Shown here: piece after piece, positions 7,450 to 17,829 of the stretch
Layout of the letters: every line of letters begins with the position of its first letter
How positions within the stretch are numbered: the stretch's first letter is position 1
Assembly (NCBI GenBank): GCA_034722955.1
Contig: JAYEOM010000025.1
Span: 1-22,255 of the forward strand
Origin: Campylobacterota bacterium
GTDB lineage: Bacteria; Campylobacterota; Campylobacteria; Campylobacterales; Sulfurovaceae
Direction of reading: 5' to 3'
Length of the DNA stretch: 22,255 nucleotides
Position numbers and translations under genes: made by a program
The notes under the pieces: generated by a model
Seen by the model: only the letters and a program-made list of their open reading frames with translations
Database searches by the model: none
Told to the model about the DNA's origin: nothing

Positions 7450-8235
7450 TTACTTTTCCAGCTCTTTATCTATAGCATCTACAAAGACTTTATGATATCC
7501 AAGCTCGGGCAGTCTCTCTCGCATCGTTTGCAGATATCGATAGTAGTTCTCTATGGTGAGTGTACCTTTTAAGAGTTCGTATTTTAGATAGAGCCAGTAT
7601 GTGTTGAGTACATCAGATTGACAATATTCTCTGATCTTATCTATATCGCCTTGATAGAAGAGCTCAAAGACTTGATCGCCTGAGACATCATATTTGCCTG
7701 GGATGCCCGCCATAGTACAGAGAGTATCGAGCTTGAGATTGCGAACGGCACCGAAACTTCCTAGAGAATCGAGCAGATCAGTATGGAAATGTTCAGCATA
7801 TCGCTGTCTATAGTTTTCCCATTTACTTTTGTTGAGCTGGGGATTGCTCTGATCGAAGTAGGCAGGGATAGAGAGATTGTACTTCATCGCTCGTATCAGC
7901 AACATAGGCATATCAAAGCCTCGACCATTAAAAGAGACTAGTTTGGGATTTTTATCTTCGATGAAACTAAAAAAATGGCGAATGATCTTCTCCTCGTCAT
8001 CTGTCTCATATCCGAAATTTCCTACTTTGATGAAGTTGCCAAACTCATCAGCGATAACAGCTGATAGTGCTACGACACGATGATAAGCTAGAGGGAGAAA
8101 AGTCGTATTTTTACTCTCTGCATAGATCTCTTGTGCTTTGATGATAGCTTCGTACTCCTCTAGCCCTTCAACATCAAATGTTTTCTTGATAAGTCTATAA
8201 TCAGGGATTGTTTCGCAGTCAAAAATAGAGATCAT
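7450..8235 (-). CDS. DEDD 3'-5' exonuclease, PolB-exonuclease-like (WlaX/Cj1132c-like)
   Basis: ExoI FDCET, ExoII FNGRGFD, ExoIII YCQSD; divergent from waaC as in Campylobacter. Confidence 0.85.
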   Translation of the reverse strand: MISIFDCETIPDYRLIKKTFDVEGLEEYEAIIKAQEIYAESKNTTFLPLAYHRVVALSAVIADEFGNFIKVGNFGYETDDEEKIIRHFFSFIEDKNPKLVSFNGRGFDMPMLLIRAMKYNLSIPAYFDQSNPQLNKSKWENYRQRYAEHFHTDLLDSLGSFGAVRNLKLDTLCTMAGIPGKYDVSGDQVFELFYQGDIDKIREYCQSDVLNTYWLYLKYELLKGTLTIENYYRYLQTMRERLPELGYHKVFVDAIDKELEK

Positions 8236-8257
8236 GTGGAAGCCTTTTAGAGTATTT

Positions 8258-8273
8258 GGATAAAATTATAGCA
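8258..8273. promoter_or_regulatory. Overlapping divergent -10 boxes
   Basis: Minus-strand TGCTATAAT (8273-8265) toward the exonuclease and plus-strand TAAAAT (8261-8266) toward waaC, in a 64-bp intergenic gap. Confidence 0.5.
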
Positions 8274-8299
8274 AATATAGAGAAAAATAAAGGGGAATT

Positions 8300-9328
8300 G
8301 TGAAGATTGCAATCATAAAGCTTTCAGCAATGGGTGATATTGTGCATGCTATGGTAGCTTTACAATATATGAAAAGATCACTGACAGATATCAATATAGA
8401 CTGGATCGTAGAGCATAGCTTTGTTGGTCTCTTGGAGCATAGTCCCCATATAGATAGAGTACTCTCTGTCAATCTAAAAAAACTCAAACAAGATCGATCG
8501 ATACTTTTTGAGGAGATAAAACGCATCAAATCCTATGCAGAGCATGAGTATGATATGGTTATTGATATGCAGGGGTTGGTAAAGTCAGCACTCGTATCTC
8601 GCCTGCTTGGCTATAGTGTAGGATTCGACAGAAGCTCTATACGCGAAAAAGCAGCCTCCCTTTTCTACAAAAAATCCTTTGCTATCCCGTATGAAGAGAA
8701 TGTTATATATAGGAATGTGAAACTTGCCTGTACTGCATTGGATATAGATTTTGACAAAAAAGTTTTATCAGATAAAGATCCTTTTCTATTTTTTACTGAG
8801 GATGAGAGTCGAAAAACAGTTGGCTACTTAACAAAGAGTAAAAAAAATATTATCTATATACTAGGGTCGAGTTGGGATAGCAAGATCTATCCCAAAGAGA
8901 AGTTTGTTGAGGTCATCAATGCTTTGGGTGAAAATGCACTATTGGTATGGGGAGACAAGAGAGAGTATTATGATGCCAAATATGTCTCAGAACATACTAA
9001 AGCAGTACTGCTCCCCCATTTGACGCTAGGAGAGCTGAAGGCATTGATCTCAAATGCAGATCTAGTTATAGGCGGAGATAGTGGACCTACCCATTTTGCC
9101 TGGGCATTGAATCGACCTAGTATTACACTATTTGGTCCTACACCGGGGGATAGAAATACATTTGAGACACCATACAATAGAGTTATATGTTCTGATTCAG
9201 AGGTTGATCCTTTGCGATTGAATCGAGAAGATTTTAGTATTCAAGAGATCGATCCAAACATGATCGTAGATACAGCACTAGATATATTGAATAGATTTAC
9301 TATCGGAGACGAGGAGTATCGTCTGTGA
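8300..9328 (+). CDS. waaC: LPS heptosyltransferase I (GT9)
   Basis: KIAIIKLSAMGDIVH, IDMQGLVKSA, GGDSGPTHFAWA, LFGPT. Confidence 0.93.
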   Translation: MKIAIIKLSAMGDIVHAMVALQYMKRSLTDINIDWIVEHSFVGLLEHSPHIDRVLSVNLKKLKQDRSILFEEIKRIKSYAEHEYDMVIDMQGLVKSALVSRLLGYSVGFDRSSIREKAASLFYKKSFAIPYEENVIYRNVKLACTALDIDFDKKVLSDKDPFLFFTEDESRKTVGYLTKSKKNIIYILGSSWDSKIYPKEKFVEVINALGENALLVWGDKREYYDAKYVSEHTKAVLLPHLTLGELKALISNADLVIGGDSGPTHFAWALNRPSITLFGPTPGDRNTFETPYNRVICSDSEVDPLRLNREDFSIQEIDPNMIVDTALDILNRFTIGDEEYRL

Positions 9329-10227
9329 AGAGCAAGTTTGCCACCTATGCAGAGTATTATGGGGTAAAGAGTATCATAGGTTTAGCTATGTTCTTGCCAC
9401 GCAGATGGCTATATCTATTTATGAGAACTATCTCACTGCTCTTTTATAGTCTCAGCAAACGAAGACGAAACATCACCATAGACAACTTGGCACAAGCTTT
9501 TCCAGATATGGATAGGAGTAGTGCCGAGAGGCTCTCTAGGGAGGTTTATATCGAACTCTCCAAGACTCTCTCAGATATCTTATTGATGCTTGCAGGGCGT
9601 TTGGATATAGATGATATAGTGACAAATCGCGAAGAGGCGATAGAGAAGCTAAAGAGTTTAAAAGAGAAACACCACAACGGATTTATATTTATGGGGGCTC
9701 ATTTTTCCAATTGGGAGTTGCCACCCCTGTTCGCTTCAAAGTATGGTTTTCCTATGGTAGTGATAGGGCGAGAGGGGGATAACAGACTGATAGATCAGAA
9801 GATCATTATCCCCTTCAGAACAGAGTATGGCAATAGAGCTGTTTACAAAAAGAGGGCTGGTATCTCCATGATACGAGAGCTCAAAAAAGGCGGAGCCGTA
9901 GGCGTATTGATAGATCAAAAGGTCAATAAAGAGAATGGCTTTTTAGTCCCTTTTTTTGGACGAGAGGCTTTTACGACAAACTCTATAGCGATGATGAAGC
10001 TCAAATTGAACCCTCTCATTATCCCTATCAGTATGCCTCGTATATCAGAGGGTAGATATAGACTAGAGATAGGAGACCCCATATATTACAGGGCTGACGA
10101 AGCCGATGATGAGACTCTCAAGCTCCTAAAGATGACAGAGAAGTATAACCAGTCACTAGAAGAGATCATCAAAAAGTATCCTACTCAGTGGTTTTGGATG
10201 CATGATAGATGGAACAAGAGAGTATAG
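9325..10227 (+). CDS. htrB: Lipid A late acyltransferase (LpxL/HtrB family)
   Basis: AHFSNWE (HX4E), LIDQ, VPFFG, PTQWFWMHDRW. Confidence 0.88.
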   Translation: MKSKFATYAEYYGVKSIIGLAMFLPRRWLYLFMRTISLLFYSLSKRRRNITIDNLAQAFPDMDRSSAERLSREVYIELSKTLSDILLMLAGRLDIDDIVTNREEAIEKLKSLKEKHHNGFIFMGAHFSNWELPPLFASKYGFPMVVIGREGDNRLIDQKIIIPFRTEYGNRAVYKKRAGISMIRELKKGGAVGVLIDQKVNKENGFLVPFFGREAFTTNSIAMMKLKLNPLIIPISMPRISEGRYRLEIGDPIYYRADEADDETLKLLKMTEKYNQSLEEIIKKYPTQWFWMHDRWNKRV

Positions 10228-10229
10228 AT

Positions 10230-11477
10230 ATGAAGCAAAAGTTTGATCTGTCATTGGTGCTAAATTCTCTCTTTGTACTCTACGCTTTTGTGCTGCCACT
10301 CTCACGGGCTAGTGTTGGGATCGCTACACTATTGATCATAATACTCTTTCTGTTCTCTCGAAATATTAAAGTGTCACTGAAGAAAATATGGAAAAATCCT
10401 GCATCTCGCTCTATAGTGATATTTGTACTCTTCTATTTTCTTACACTGCTTTGGCTTCCTCTATCACAACTCAAAGAGGGGTTTCGCTATCTGGTTCCAT
10501 ATCTCTATCTCTTGCCGGCAGTCATCATGTATGTATCGGTAAAAAAGAGTTATATCCCTAGGATTCTCTCTGCTCTGATCTTGGGAATGGTTGTGAGCGA
10601 AGTCATATCCTATGGTATATATCTTGAGTGGTGGGAGAGAGAGGGTGTTTTTGTCATCAATCCATCTCCTTTTATGCACCATATACAGTATAGTACATTT
10701 TTGGCATTTACTGCATTGGTGATTTTGTATAGGGTTCTAAATGAGAAGATTTTATACTATAGAGCAGCTTATGGTTTTTTCTTTATAGCACTAACAGGTA
10801 CACTTTTTCTGACCAATGGTCGCACAGGACAACTCGCCTTTTTGATCGGTCTTTTTCTATTGGGGTTTATGCACTTCCCAAATAAACTCAAAGCGTTGTG
10901 GGTATCTCTACTCTTGAGTGCAGCTGTTCTCTTTAGTGCGTATCAACTCAGTGATACATTCAAGGAGCGTATCTCTATGACACAGAGCGATATGAACAAT
11001 ATGATAGAGAAAGAGAACTTTGGTACATCACTAGGGTATCGTACCGGAGTGACTATACTATCTATCCCGCTTATCCAACAGCACCCTATTTTGGGCAATG
11101 GAGTAGTAGATACGATGCCTCTCATCAGAGAGGAAGCAGAGCGTCGTTTTCCTGATGACTACTGGCTCAAGAGAGCAAATCACCTGCAAAATCAGTACCT
11201 GCAAGTAGTAGTTGAAGTAGGTGTAGTAGGTCTATCTATTCTCATGATGATGCTCTATCAGATAGGGCGTATCCCGCTTCGTGCAGATAGCTATCGTACA
11301 ATTAAGAGTATCCTATTGATAGTTTTTTTTATCACCATGCTCTTTGATATCCAGCTGCATATACAGTTTACGGCAGGACTATTTGCACTGATGAGCGGTC
11401 TGATCCTGGCACAGTCGAGAGTAGAACATGAAGAGATGAGCCGGAGTATCAAAGAGCCAAGGCTAAAAGATGCCTAA
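10230..11477 (+). CDS. waaL: O-antigen ligase family protein (WaaL-like)
   Basis: Many TM helices; TNGRTG, TSLGYR, HPILGNG and HLQNQY (His of the Wzy_C-type periplasmic loop). ATG at 10230 follows the htrB stop. Confidence 0.8.
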   Translation: MKQKFDLSLVLNSLFVLYAFVLPLSRASVGIATLLIIILFLFSRNIKVSLKKIWKNPASRSIVIFVLFYFLTLLWLPLSQLKEGFRYLVPYLYLLPAVIMYVSVKKSYIPRILSALILGMVVSEVISYGIYLEWWEREGVFVINPSPFMHHIQYSTFLAFTALVILYRVLNEKILYYRAAYGFFFIALTGTLFLTNGRTGQLAFLIGLFLLGFMHFPNKLKALWVSLLLSAAVLFSAYQLSDTFKERISMTQSDMNNMIEKENFGTSLGYRTGVTILSIPLIQQHPILGNGVVDTMPLIREEAERRFPDDYWLKRANHLQNQYLQVVVEVGVVGLSILMMMLYQIGRIPLRADSYRTIKSILLIVFFITMLFDIQLHIQFTAGLFALMSGLILAQSRVEHEEMSRSIKEPRLKDA

Positions 11478-12246
11478 CAGTATAAGTGTTACTATGATCA
11501 CAAGAGATGCTTCACGCTTCATCGTTGAATCGCTGCAAGCTTTGGATAGATTTGATGAAGTGATACTGCTGGACAATGGATCTACAGATGATACTATAGC
11601 ACTGGCAAGATCTTTTGATAATGTCACCATACATACGAGTACTTTTATCGGTTTTGGTCCTCTAAAAAATTTGGCTGTGAGTTATGCAAAAAATGAGTGG
11701 ATACTCTCTGTTGATAGCGATGAGGTACTTTCGGAGGCACTGGTTGATGAGATACTCTCGCTCAGTTTGAGTAGTAGAGAAGTTTATACTATTTTGCGTG
11801 ACAACTACTATGATCAGAGAGTTATGCGGTGTTGCGGATGGGAAAATGACTATGTACTTAGGCTGTTCAACAGAGAGAAGCTCTCTTTCAACCAAAACCA
11901 GGTTCATGAGAGTTTGGTAGTGCCGCCTGATGTCAAAACCATAAGATTGCATCATACTATGAAACACTATACTTATCAAAACAGTGAACAGCTCATCGCT
12001 AAAATGCAATACTACTCAACACTATGGGCTATTGATCATCAAGGCAAAAAGAGATCATCTCCACTCAAGGCAGTGATACGATCTATTTTTGCTTTTGTGA
12101 AGTTCTATCTATTCAAAAAGGGATTTATGAGTGGTTATGAGGGGCTGTTGATCTGCGTAACCAATACAAATGCAGTCTTTTATAAATATATGAAACTCTA
12201 TGAGTTAAACAAAAAAGAGAAGGATTTAGATGCGGATAGTTATTGA
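11470..12246 (+). CDS. Family 2 glycosyltransferase (LPS core, KdtX/WaaE-like)
   Basis: LDNGSTDDT, GFGPLKNLA, WILSVDSDE (DxD), VHES. Confidence 0.88.
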   Translation: MPNSISVTMITRDASRFIVESLQALDRFDEVILLDNGSTDDTIALARSFDNVTIHTSTFIGFGPLKNLAVSYAKNEWILSVDSDEVLSEALVDEILSLSLSSREVYTILRDNYYDQRVMRCCGWENDYVLRLFNREKLSFNQNQVHESLVVPPDVKTIRLHHTMKHYTYQNSEQLIAKMQYYSTLWAIDHQGKKRSSPLKAVIRSIFAFVKFYLFKKGFMSGYEGLLICVTNTNAVFYKYMKLYELNKKEKDLDADSY

Positions 12247-13159
12247 GCTGCCTAGTTGGCTAGGAGATGCAGTTATGGCGACTCCATCTATAGAAAATCT
12301 CCTAGAGTTGTACCCAGATGCCAAGCTGACACTAGTAGGCTCACATCTCTCTACCCAAGCACTCAAGAGTCATCCTCGAGTGGTAGAGAGTGTAGTTTTG
12401 GATAAACGATTTCGCCAGCTATATCGTACTGCCAAGCGTCTGGGCTCTTTTGATATGGCTATATCCTTTAGGAGTTCATTTCGATCCGGATTGTTTCTAT
12501 TTTTTATAGATGCAAAAGAGAGATATCAATTTCCAAAGAGTTATAGCGGTATGCATCAGGTAGAGAAGTATGCACTTTTTATAGAAGAGTCTCTAGGTAT
12601 CAGAACCAAACCAGAGAGATTGAAACTATATGAGAGAGTATACTCATATCCGCGACCTACACTAGGTATCAATCCGGGAGCTAGTTATGGTTCTGCCAAG
12701 CGTTGGTATCCTGAGTCATTTGCAGATGTGGCTATATCACTGGCAAGCAGATATGATATCGTCATCTTTGGCGGGCCAGGCGAGGAGGAGATAGCTAGAG
12801 ATATAGAGGAGATGATACGCAAATCTGATATCGACAATGTAGAAAACTTGGCAGGAGAGTTGACTATACCAGAGCTGATCTCTCGCATCGCCGGTCTATC
12901 GTGGCTTGTCACCAATGACAGCGGTCCTATGCATGTGGCAGCAGCATATCAGATCCCCACTGTAGCACTCTTTGGTCCTACAAAATATAGAGAAACCAAT
13001 CAATGGCAAAATCCAAAAGGCTACCTCATCAGAAAAGAGATGGAGTGCTCTCCATGTATGAAGCGAAGTTGTCCCCTGAAGCATCATAACTGCATGAGAG
13101 AGATCTTGGCAGATGATGTATTGGAAGTGATCAACAGAGTAGATGAGGTAGAGCAGTGA
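12230..13159 (+). CDS. waaF: LPS heptosyltransferase II (GT9)
   Basis: PSWLGDAVM, INPGASYGSAKRW, NDSGPMHVAAA, LFGPT, CSPCMKRSCP. Confidence 0.93.
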   Translation: MRIVIELPSWLGDAVMATPSIENLLELYPDAKLTLVGSHLSTQALKSHPRVVESVVLDKRFRQLYRTAKRLGSFDMAISFRSSFRSGLFLFFIDAKERYQFPKSYSGMHQVEKYALFIEESLGIRTKPERLKLYERVYSYPRPTLGINPGASYGSAKRWYPESFADVAISLASRYDIVIFGGPGEEEIARDIEEMIRKSDIDNVENLAGELTIPELISRIAGLSWLVTNDSGPMHVAAAYQIPTVALFGPTKYRETNQWQNPKGYLIRKEMECSPCMKRSCPLKHHNCMREILADDVLEVINRVDEVEQ

Positions 13160-14859
13160 GAGAGTTATTGAAATATTTTCTCCCATATATGATGGGGTAT
13201 AAAAAAGAGTTTATTTTTGCTATTTTGGGTATGATCGCAGTAGCAGTAGGCACAACACTCACTGCACATATCCTCAAGCCTGTACTAGATGATCTCTTTA
13301 TCAGCAAAGATAGAGAAGTACTCAGCTACCTCCCCTTTGCTATCATCGCAGTATTTATGCTCAAATCTGTAGGTCGCTTTGTCCAGACATACTATACGGT
13401 TTATATTGGCGATGATATAGTCAGAAAACTTAGAGATAAGCTCTCTTTACATCTGATGAATCAAGATATGGCATACCTCAACCAGATGCGTAGCGGAGAG
13501 CTGCTCAGCAGGATCACAAATGATCTCAATCGTATCCAGCAGGTCGTCTCATCCATGATCCCAAAAATGATGGTCAATATCATGCTGATCATCGCCTTGA
13601 CATCTTATGTTATATATCAGAGTCCCAAGCTCGCTTTTTACTTCTTAGTGATAATGCCTTTGGCACTACTGCCTCTTCAGATATTAGCACGAAGGATGAA
13701 GCGATATGCTAGAAGATCACAAGAGAGCAATGCAGACCTGACATCCAGACTCACAGAAATTTTTAACAATATAGAGGTGATCAAATCCAACTCTTCTCAG
13801 CAGTTTGAGTACCTGAAGTTTGCCAAAGAGAATATGAACTTTTTCAAACTTACTATCAAACAAAATATGATCAATGCACTAGTGGGTCCGACACTAGAGG
13901 TGTTTGGCTCTATCGCTGTAGCTATAGCTATATATGTGGGGGCTCTTCAAGTGATAAATGGAGAGATCACTGTGGGAACATTTTTTGCTTTTGTTACAGC
14001 TCTTTTTATGCTCTATGGACCGATCAAAGTACTCTCCAATATCCACAACCAACTCCAAGATGCAGCAGCTGCGACAGAGAGGATGAGCGAACTATTTGAA
14101 AATAAACCTATGATCATCTCAGGCAGTGAGATACTAGATGAGGTAGAGAGTGTAGATTTCAATACTGTATCTCTATCTTATGATGATAAAAAGGCACTAA
14201 GAGATATAACTCTAAAAGCAAAAAAAGGAAGTGTATATGCTCTAGTGGGAGATAGCGGTGCAGGAAAGAGTAGTTTTGTCAATCTACTAGTGCGTTTTTA
14301 TGATATCTCTAGCGGTGAACTGTTGATAAACGATCGAAATATCAAAGAGTACTCTCTAGAGTCACTCCACGAAAAGATAGCTTATGTAACCCAGCGTATC
14401 TATATCTTTCAAGATACTATACTTGCCAATGTAGCATACGGAAGCACTCCTGATGAGAGTAGAGCCATAGAAGCCCTAAAAAAAGCCTACGCATGGGAGT
14501 TTGTAGATGAGATGGAGGATGGGATAGATACGATACTTGATGAGTTTGGGGTCAATCTCAGTGGCGGACAGAGACAACGCATAGCATTGGCAAGAGCACT
14601 CTATAAGTCACCTCACATACTCATACTAGATGAAGCAACCTCCGCACTAGATAACAGAAGTGAAAAAGCGATACAAAAAGCCCTAGAGAGCCTCAAACAT
14701 GAGATGATCACTTTTGTAGTGGCTCATCGTCTCACTACAGTAGAAGAGGCGGACTGTATCCTTCTCTTTGAATCGGGAGAGATCATAAGCAGAGGAGATT
14801 ATGCAGAGTTGATGGATAGCTCTAAAGCATTTAGAAAGCTTGCCAACCAAAATAGATAG
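13156..14859 (+). CDS. msbA: MsbA-like ABC exporter (fused TMD and NBD)
   Basis: N-terminal TM domain; GDSGAGKS, LSGGQRQR, ILDEATSALD, VAHRL; lies within the LPS cluster. Confidence 0.8.
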   Translation: MRELLKYFLPYMMGYKKEFIFAILGMIAVAVGTTLTAHILKPVLDDLFISKDREVLSYLPFAIIAVFMLKSVGRFVQTYYTVYIGDDIVRKLRDKLSLHLMNQDMAYLNQMRSGELLSRITNDLNRIQQVVSSMIPKMMVNIMLIIALTSYVIYQSPKLAFYFLVIMPLALLPLQILARRMKRYARRSQESNADLTSRLTEIFNNIEVIKSNSSQQFEYLKFAKENMNFFKLTIKQNMINALVGPTLEVFGSIAVAIAIYVGALQVINGEITVGTFFAFVTALFMLYGPIKVLSNIHNQLQDAAAATERMSELFENKPMIISGSEILDEVESVDFNTVSLSYDDKKALRDITLKAKKGSVYALVGDSGAGKSSFVNLLVRFYDISSGELLINDRNIKEYSLESLHEKIAYVTQRIYIFQDTILANVAYGSTPDESRAIEALKKAYAWEFVDEMEDGIDTILDEFGVNLSGGQRQRIALARALYKSPHILILDEATSALDNRSEKAIQKALESLKHEMITFVVAHRLTTVEEADCILLFESGEIISRGDYAELMDSSKAFRKLANQNR

Positions 14860-14890
14860 CTCCACATCTATGAAATGAGGGAAGTTCCGC

Positions 14891-14896
14891 TATAAT
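14891..14896 (+). promoter_or_regulatory. Putative -10 box of trpS
   Basis: gcTATAAT ~24 nt before the ATG, with an AGGA RBS. Confidence 0.5.
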
Positions 14897-14919
14897 ATCA
14901 AAAAACTTCAGGACAGACT

Positions 14920-15882
14920 ATGCGTGTACTTACAGGAATCCAAGCTTCGGGCAAACTGCATATAGGAAACTATTTTGGTGCGATGAAGCCTATGATAGAA
15001 CTCCAAGAGAAAAATGAACTCTTTACTTTTATAGCAAATTATCACTCACTAACCACATCAAAAGATGCTCAAGCACTTCGCCAATATACGATAGATGCAG
15101 CCATTGATTATCTCTCTATGGGACTTGACCCTCACAAAACAACATTTTGGATACAGAGTGATATGCCACAAGTGTTAGAACTCTACTGGATACTATCCAA
15201 GTTTACACCTATGGGGCTGCTAGAGAGAGGTCACAGCTACAAAGATAAAGTAGCCAAAGGAGTCACAGCAAACCATGCACTCTTTAGCTACCCTGTGTTG
15301 ATGGCAGCAGATATACTGATACTAGATACCCAAAAGGTACCCGTAGGGAAGGATCAGATCCAACATGTCGAAATGACACGGGATATTGCGATCAAATTCA
15401 ACAACGAATATGGAGAGATCTTTACCATCCCGGAGTATATAGTATCAGAGGAGTTGGCTACGGTTCCAGGCATTGATGGCGAAAAGATGAGCAAGAGCTA
15501 TGGCAATACTATCGAACTATTTATGGAGGAGAAACCCTTACAGAAACGCTGCAACAAAATAGTCACAAGCTCTACCCCGCTAGGGGAACCACTAGATCCG
15601 GATGGATGCAATGTCTTTGCACTGGCTTCACTCTTTTTAGATCAAGAGAGCAGAGCAGAGTTGGGCGAACGATATAAAAGTGGCAAAGAGGGGTATGGTC
15701 ACTTCAAAAAATACCTCAAAGAGCTGATCTGGGCAGAGTTTGCCCAAGCACGGGAGAGACGCGCGTATTATCTAGATCACATGGATGAAGTGAGAGAGAT
15801 ACTTGATCACGGTGCAAAAAAAGCACAAACGATAGCTGATACAAAGATGAGAGAAGTAAAAGAGGCTGTTGGTTTACTCTAA
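14920..15882 (+). CDS. trpS: Tryptophan--tRNA ligase
   Basis: TGIQASGKLHIGNY (HIGH), YPVLMAADIL, PVGKDQ, KMSKS. Confidence 0.97.
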   Translation: MRVLTGIQASGKLHIGNYFGAMKPMIELQEKNELFTFIANYHSLTTSKDAQALRQYTIDAAIDYLSMGLDPHKTTFWIQSDMPQVLELYWILSKFTPMGLLERGHSYKDKVAKGVTANHALFSYPVLMAADILILDTQKVPVGKDQIQHVEMTRDIAIKFNNEYGEIFTIPEYIVSEELATVPGIDGEKMSKSYGNTIELFMEEKPLQKRCNKIVTSSTPLGEPLDPDGCNVFALASLFLDQESRAELGERYKSGKEGYGHFKKYLKELIWAEFAQARERRAYYLDHMDEVREILDHGAKKAQTIADTKMREVKEAVGLL

Positions 15883-16006
15883 AAAGAGACGGTAGATATT
15901 TCAAGATTATTTTTCAAATTTGGCTCTCTTTTATGATTATTATTGTATTTTACGCTATCAATACCAAACAAGTCGTAAACAGGACAATAACAAAGGAAAT
16001 ACTATT

Positions 16007-17257
16007 ATGAGTTATGCTATAGAGTCATTTGACCCGGAGATCTATGAAGCGATCAAAAATGAGTTGGAGAGAGAGAGTGATCATCTAGAGATGATCGCTA
16101 GTGAAAACTTCACTTTTCCATCGGTGATGGAGGCGATGGGTTCGGTCTTTACCAACAAGTATGCAGAGGGGTACCCATACAAGCGATACTATGGCGGATG
16201 TGAATATGCAGATATAGTAGAGCAGCTTGCTATCGATAGAGCGTGTGAACTCTTTGGATGCAACTACGCCAATGTACAGCCGCACTCAGGCAGTCAAGCC
16301 AATGGTGCCGTCTATGCTGCTCTCATCAAAGCGGGTGACAAGATCCTCGGAATGGATCTCAGCCATGGAGGTCACTTGACTCATGGTTCAAAGCCTAGCT
16401 TCTCAGGCAAGAACTACCAGAGCTTTACCTATGGGGTTGAGCTCGATGGTCGTATCAACTATGATAGAGTGATGAATATAGCCCAGACGGTACAGCCCAA
16501 GATCATCGTCTGCGGTGCCTCTGCTTATGCTAGAGAGATCGACTTCAAGAAGTTCAGAGAGATAGCCGATGAGGTTGGTGCGATACTCTTTGCAGATGTT
16601 GCACATGTGGCTGGTTTGGTTGTTGCGGGGGAGCATCCCGATCCATTCCCTTATGCTGATGTCGTGACTACTACTACACACAAGACACTAGCGGGACCAA
16701 GAGGCGGTATGATCTTGACAAATGATGAGAGTATCGCCAAAAAGATCAACTCTGCTATCTTCCCCGGACTACAGGGAGGACCACTTGTTCATGTCATAGC
16801 TGCTAAAGCAGTCGGATTCAAACATAACCTATCTGATGAGTGGAAAGTATATGCCAAGCAGGTCAAGCTCAACGCATCCAAGCTCGCTGAAGTACTCATA
16901 TCAAGAGGGTATGATATAGTATCGGGAGGTACAGACAATCATCTGGTTCTACTCTCTTTCCTTGACAAAGAGTTCTCTGGCAAAGACGCAGATGCAGCAC
17001 TTGGTGCAGCAGGTATCACAGTCAACAAAAACACCGTACCCGGAGAGACTAGAAGTCCTTTTGTCACTTCAGGTATCCGTATAGGATCACCGGCACTCAC
17101 CCGTAGAGGGATGGGTGAGGGAGAGTTCGAGATCATCGCAAATAAGATCGCTGATGTCTTGGATAGTATCAACGATACTGCACTGCATGCAGCGATCAAG
17201 GATGAGATGAGAGATTTGGCACGACACTTTATCATTTATGATAAAGCGATCTACTAA
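16007..17257 (+). CDS. glyA: Serine hydroxymethyltransferase
   Basis: [27 protein letters not shown]-lysine motif [14 protein letters not shown]. Start ATG 16007 follows AAGGA; the ORF-track 5' extension is likely non-coding. Confidence 0.98.
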   Translation: MSYAIESFDPEIYEAIKNELERESDHLEMIASENFTFPSVMEAMGSVFTNKYAEGYPYKRYYGGCEYADIVEQLAIDRACELFGCNYANVQPHSGSQANGAVYAALIKAGDKILGMDLSHGGHLTHGSKPSFSGKNYQSFTYGVELDGRINYDRVMNIAQTVQPKIIVCGASAYAREIDFKKFREIADEVGAILFADVAHVAGLVVAGEHPDPFPYADVVTTTTHKTLAGPRGGMILTNDESIAKKINSAIFPGLQGGPLVHVIAAKAVGFKHNLSDEWKVYAKQVKLNASKLAEVLISRGYDIVSGGTDNHLVLLSFLDKEFSGKDADAALGAAGITVNKNTVPGETRSPFVTSGIRIGSPALTRRGMGEGEFEIIANKIADVLDSINDTALHAAIKDEMRDLARHFIIYDKAIY

Positions 17258-17768
17258 GGAGTGCAGTATCACTCCCCTCTCTCTGAACCTCAATAGAGCA
17301 TACTATTATGTCAAACGCCGTTCGATTGTCGAGAGGGTCTCATTCAACAATCGAACCTTTTATGCCAAGTTTGAACGGGTAGATGAACCTCTCAGTGATA
17401 TGGTCATCTCTCAACACTTGAGCCATCAATATATCATAGCTGCACCACTGCTAGAGAATAACCAAACCAACTACCTCATCATCGAATATAGAGGTGTAGA
17501 GACGCTTCGTTTTTATCATATGAGTAGACATCTGTTGAAACTATTGGAGATCTCTGATTATCACTATTATGAGGGGAAGAGAAAAAACTATCTTCAGCTC
17601 TTTATCCCTGTAGATAGACTCTCCCTCGAAGATGCTGATGAGATGGTACATAAGATCTCAGATGATCTCGGAGAGAGATTGATCAAGGATTGGAAGTGTT
17701 TTCCTGACAAATCACTGCCTGAGTCTTACAATATCATCACACTGCCATATAGGGATTATAAAATTTAA
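17238..17768 (+). CDS. DUF1882-like protein (Campylobacterota, typically downstream of glyA)
   Basis: YYYVKR...[14 protein letters not shown] and [20 protein letters not shown] resemble this family; position after glyA. Start uncertain (17238 ATG or 17268 ATC). Confidence 0.7.
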   Translation: MIKRSTKECSITPLSLNLNRAYYYVKRRSIVERVSFNNRTFYAKFERVDEPLSDMVISQHLSHQYIIAAPLLENNQTNYLIIEYRGVETLRFYHMSRHLLKLLEISDYHYYEGKRKNYLQLFIPVDRLSLEDADEMVHKISDDLGERLIKDWKCFPDKSLPESYNIITLPYRDYKI

Positions 17769-17794
17769 TGGTTTTAGTGTAATATGGATTGCAG

Positions 17795-17800
17795 TATAAT
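17795..17800 (+). promoter_or_regulatory. Putative -10 box of the malic enzyme gene
   Basis: TATAAT ~30 nt upstream of the GTG start; AAGGA RBS. Confidence 0.45.
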
Positions 17801-17829
17801 GATAACAACTTATTAAAAAAGGATAGATA

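Noticed and set aside
8300..14859. LPS cluster as a novel system
   Set aside because: All six genes belong to well-known LPS core, lipid A, ligase and export families; no phase-variable G/C tracts were noticed.
15883..16006. Riboswitch (ZTP/THF/glycine) or N-terminal extension upstream of glyA
   Set aside because: Short AT-rich leader with no recognisable aptamer consensus or stable stems; the RBS supports the start at 16007.
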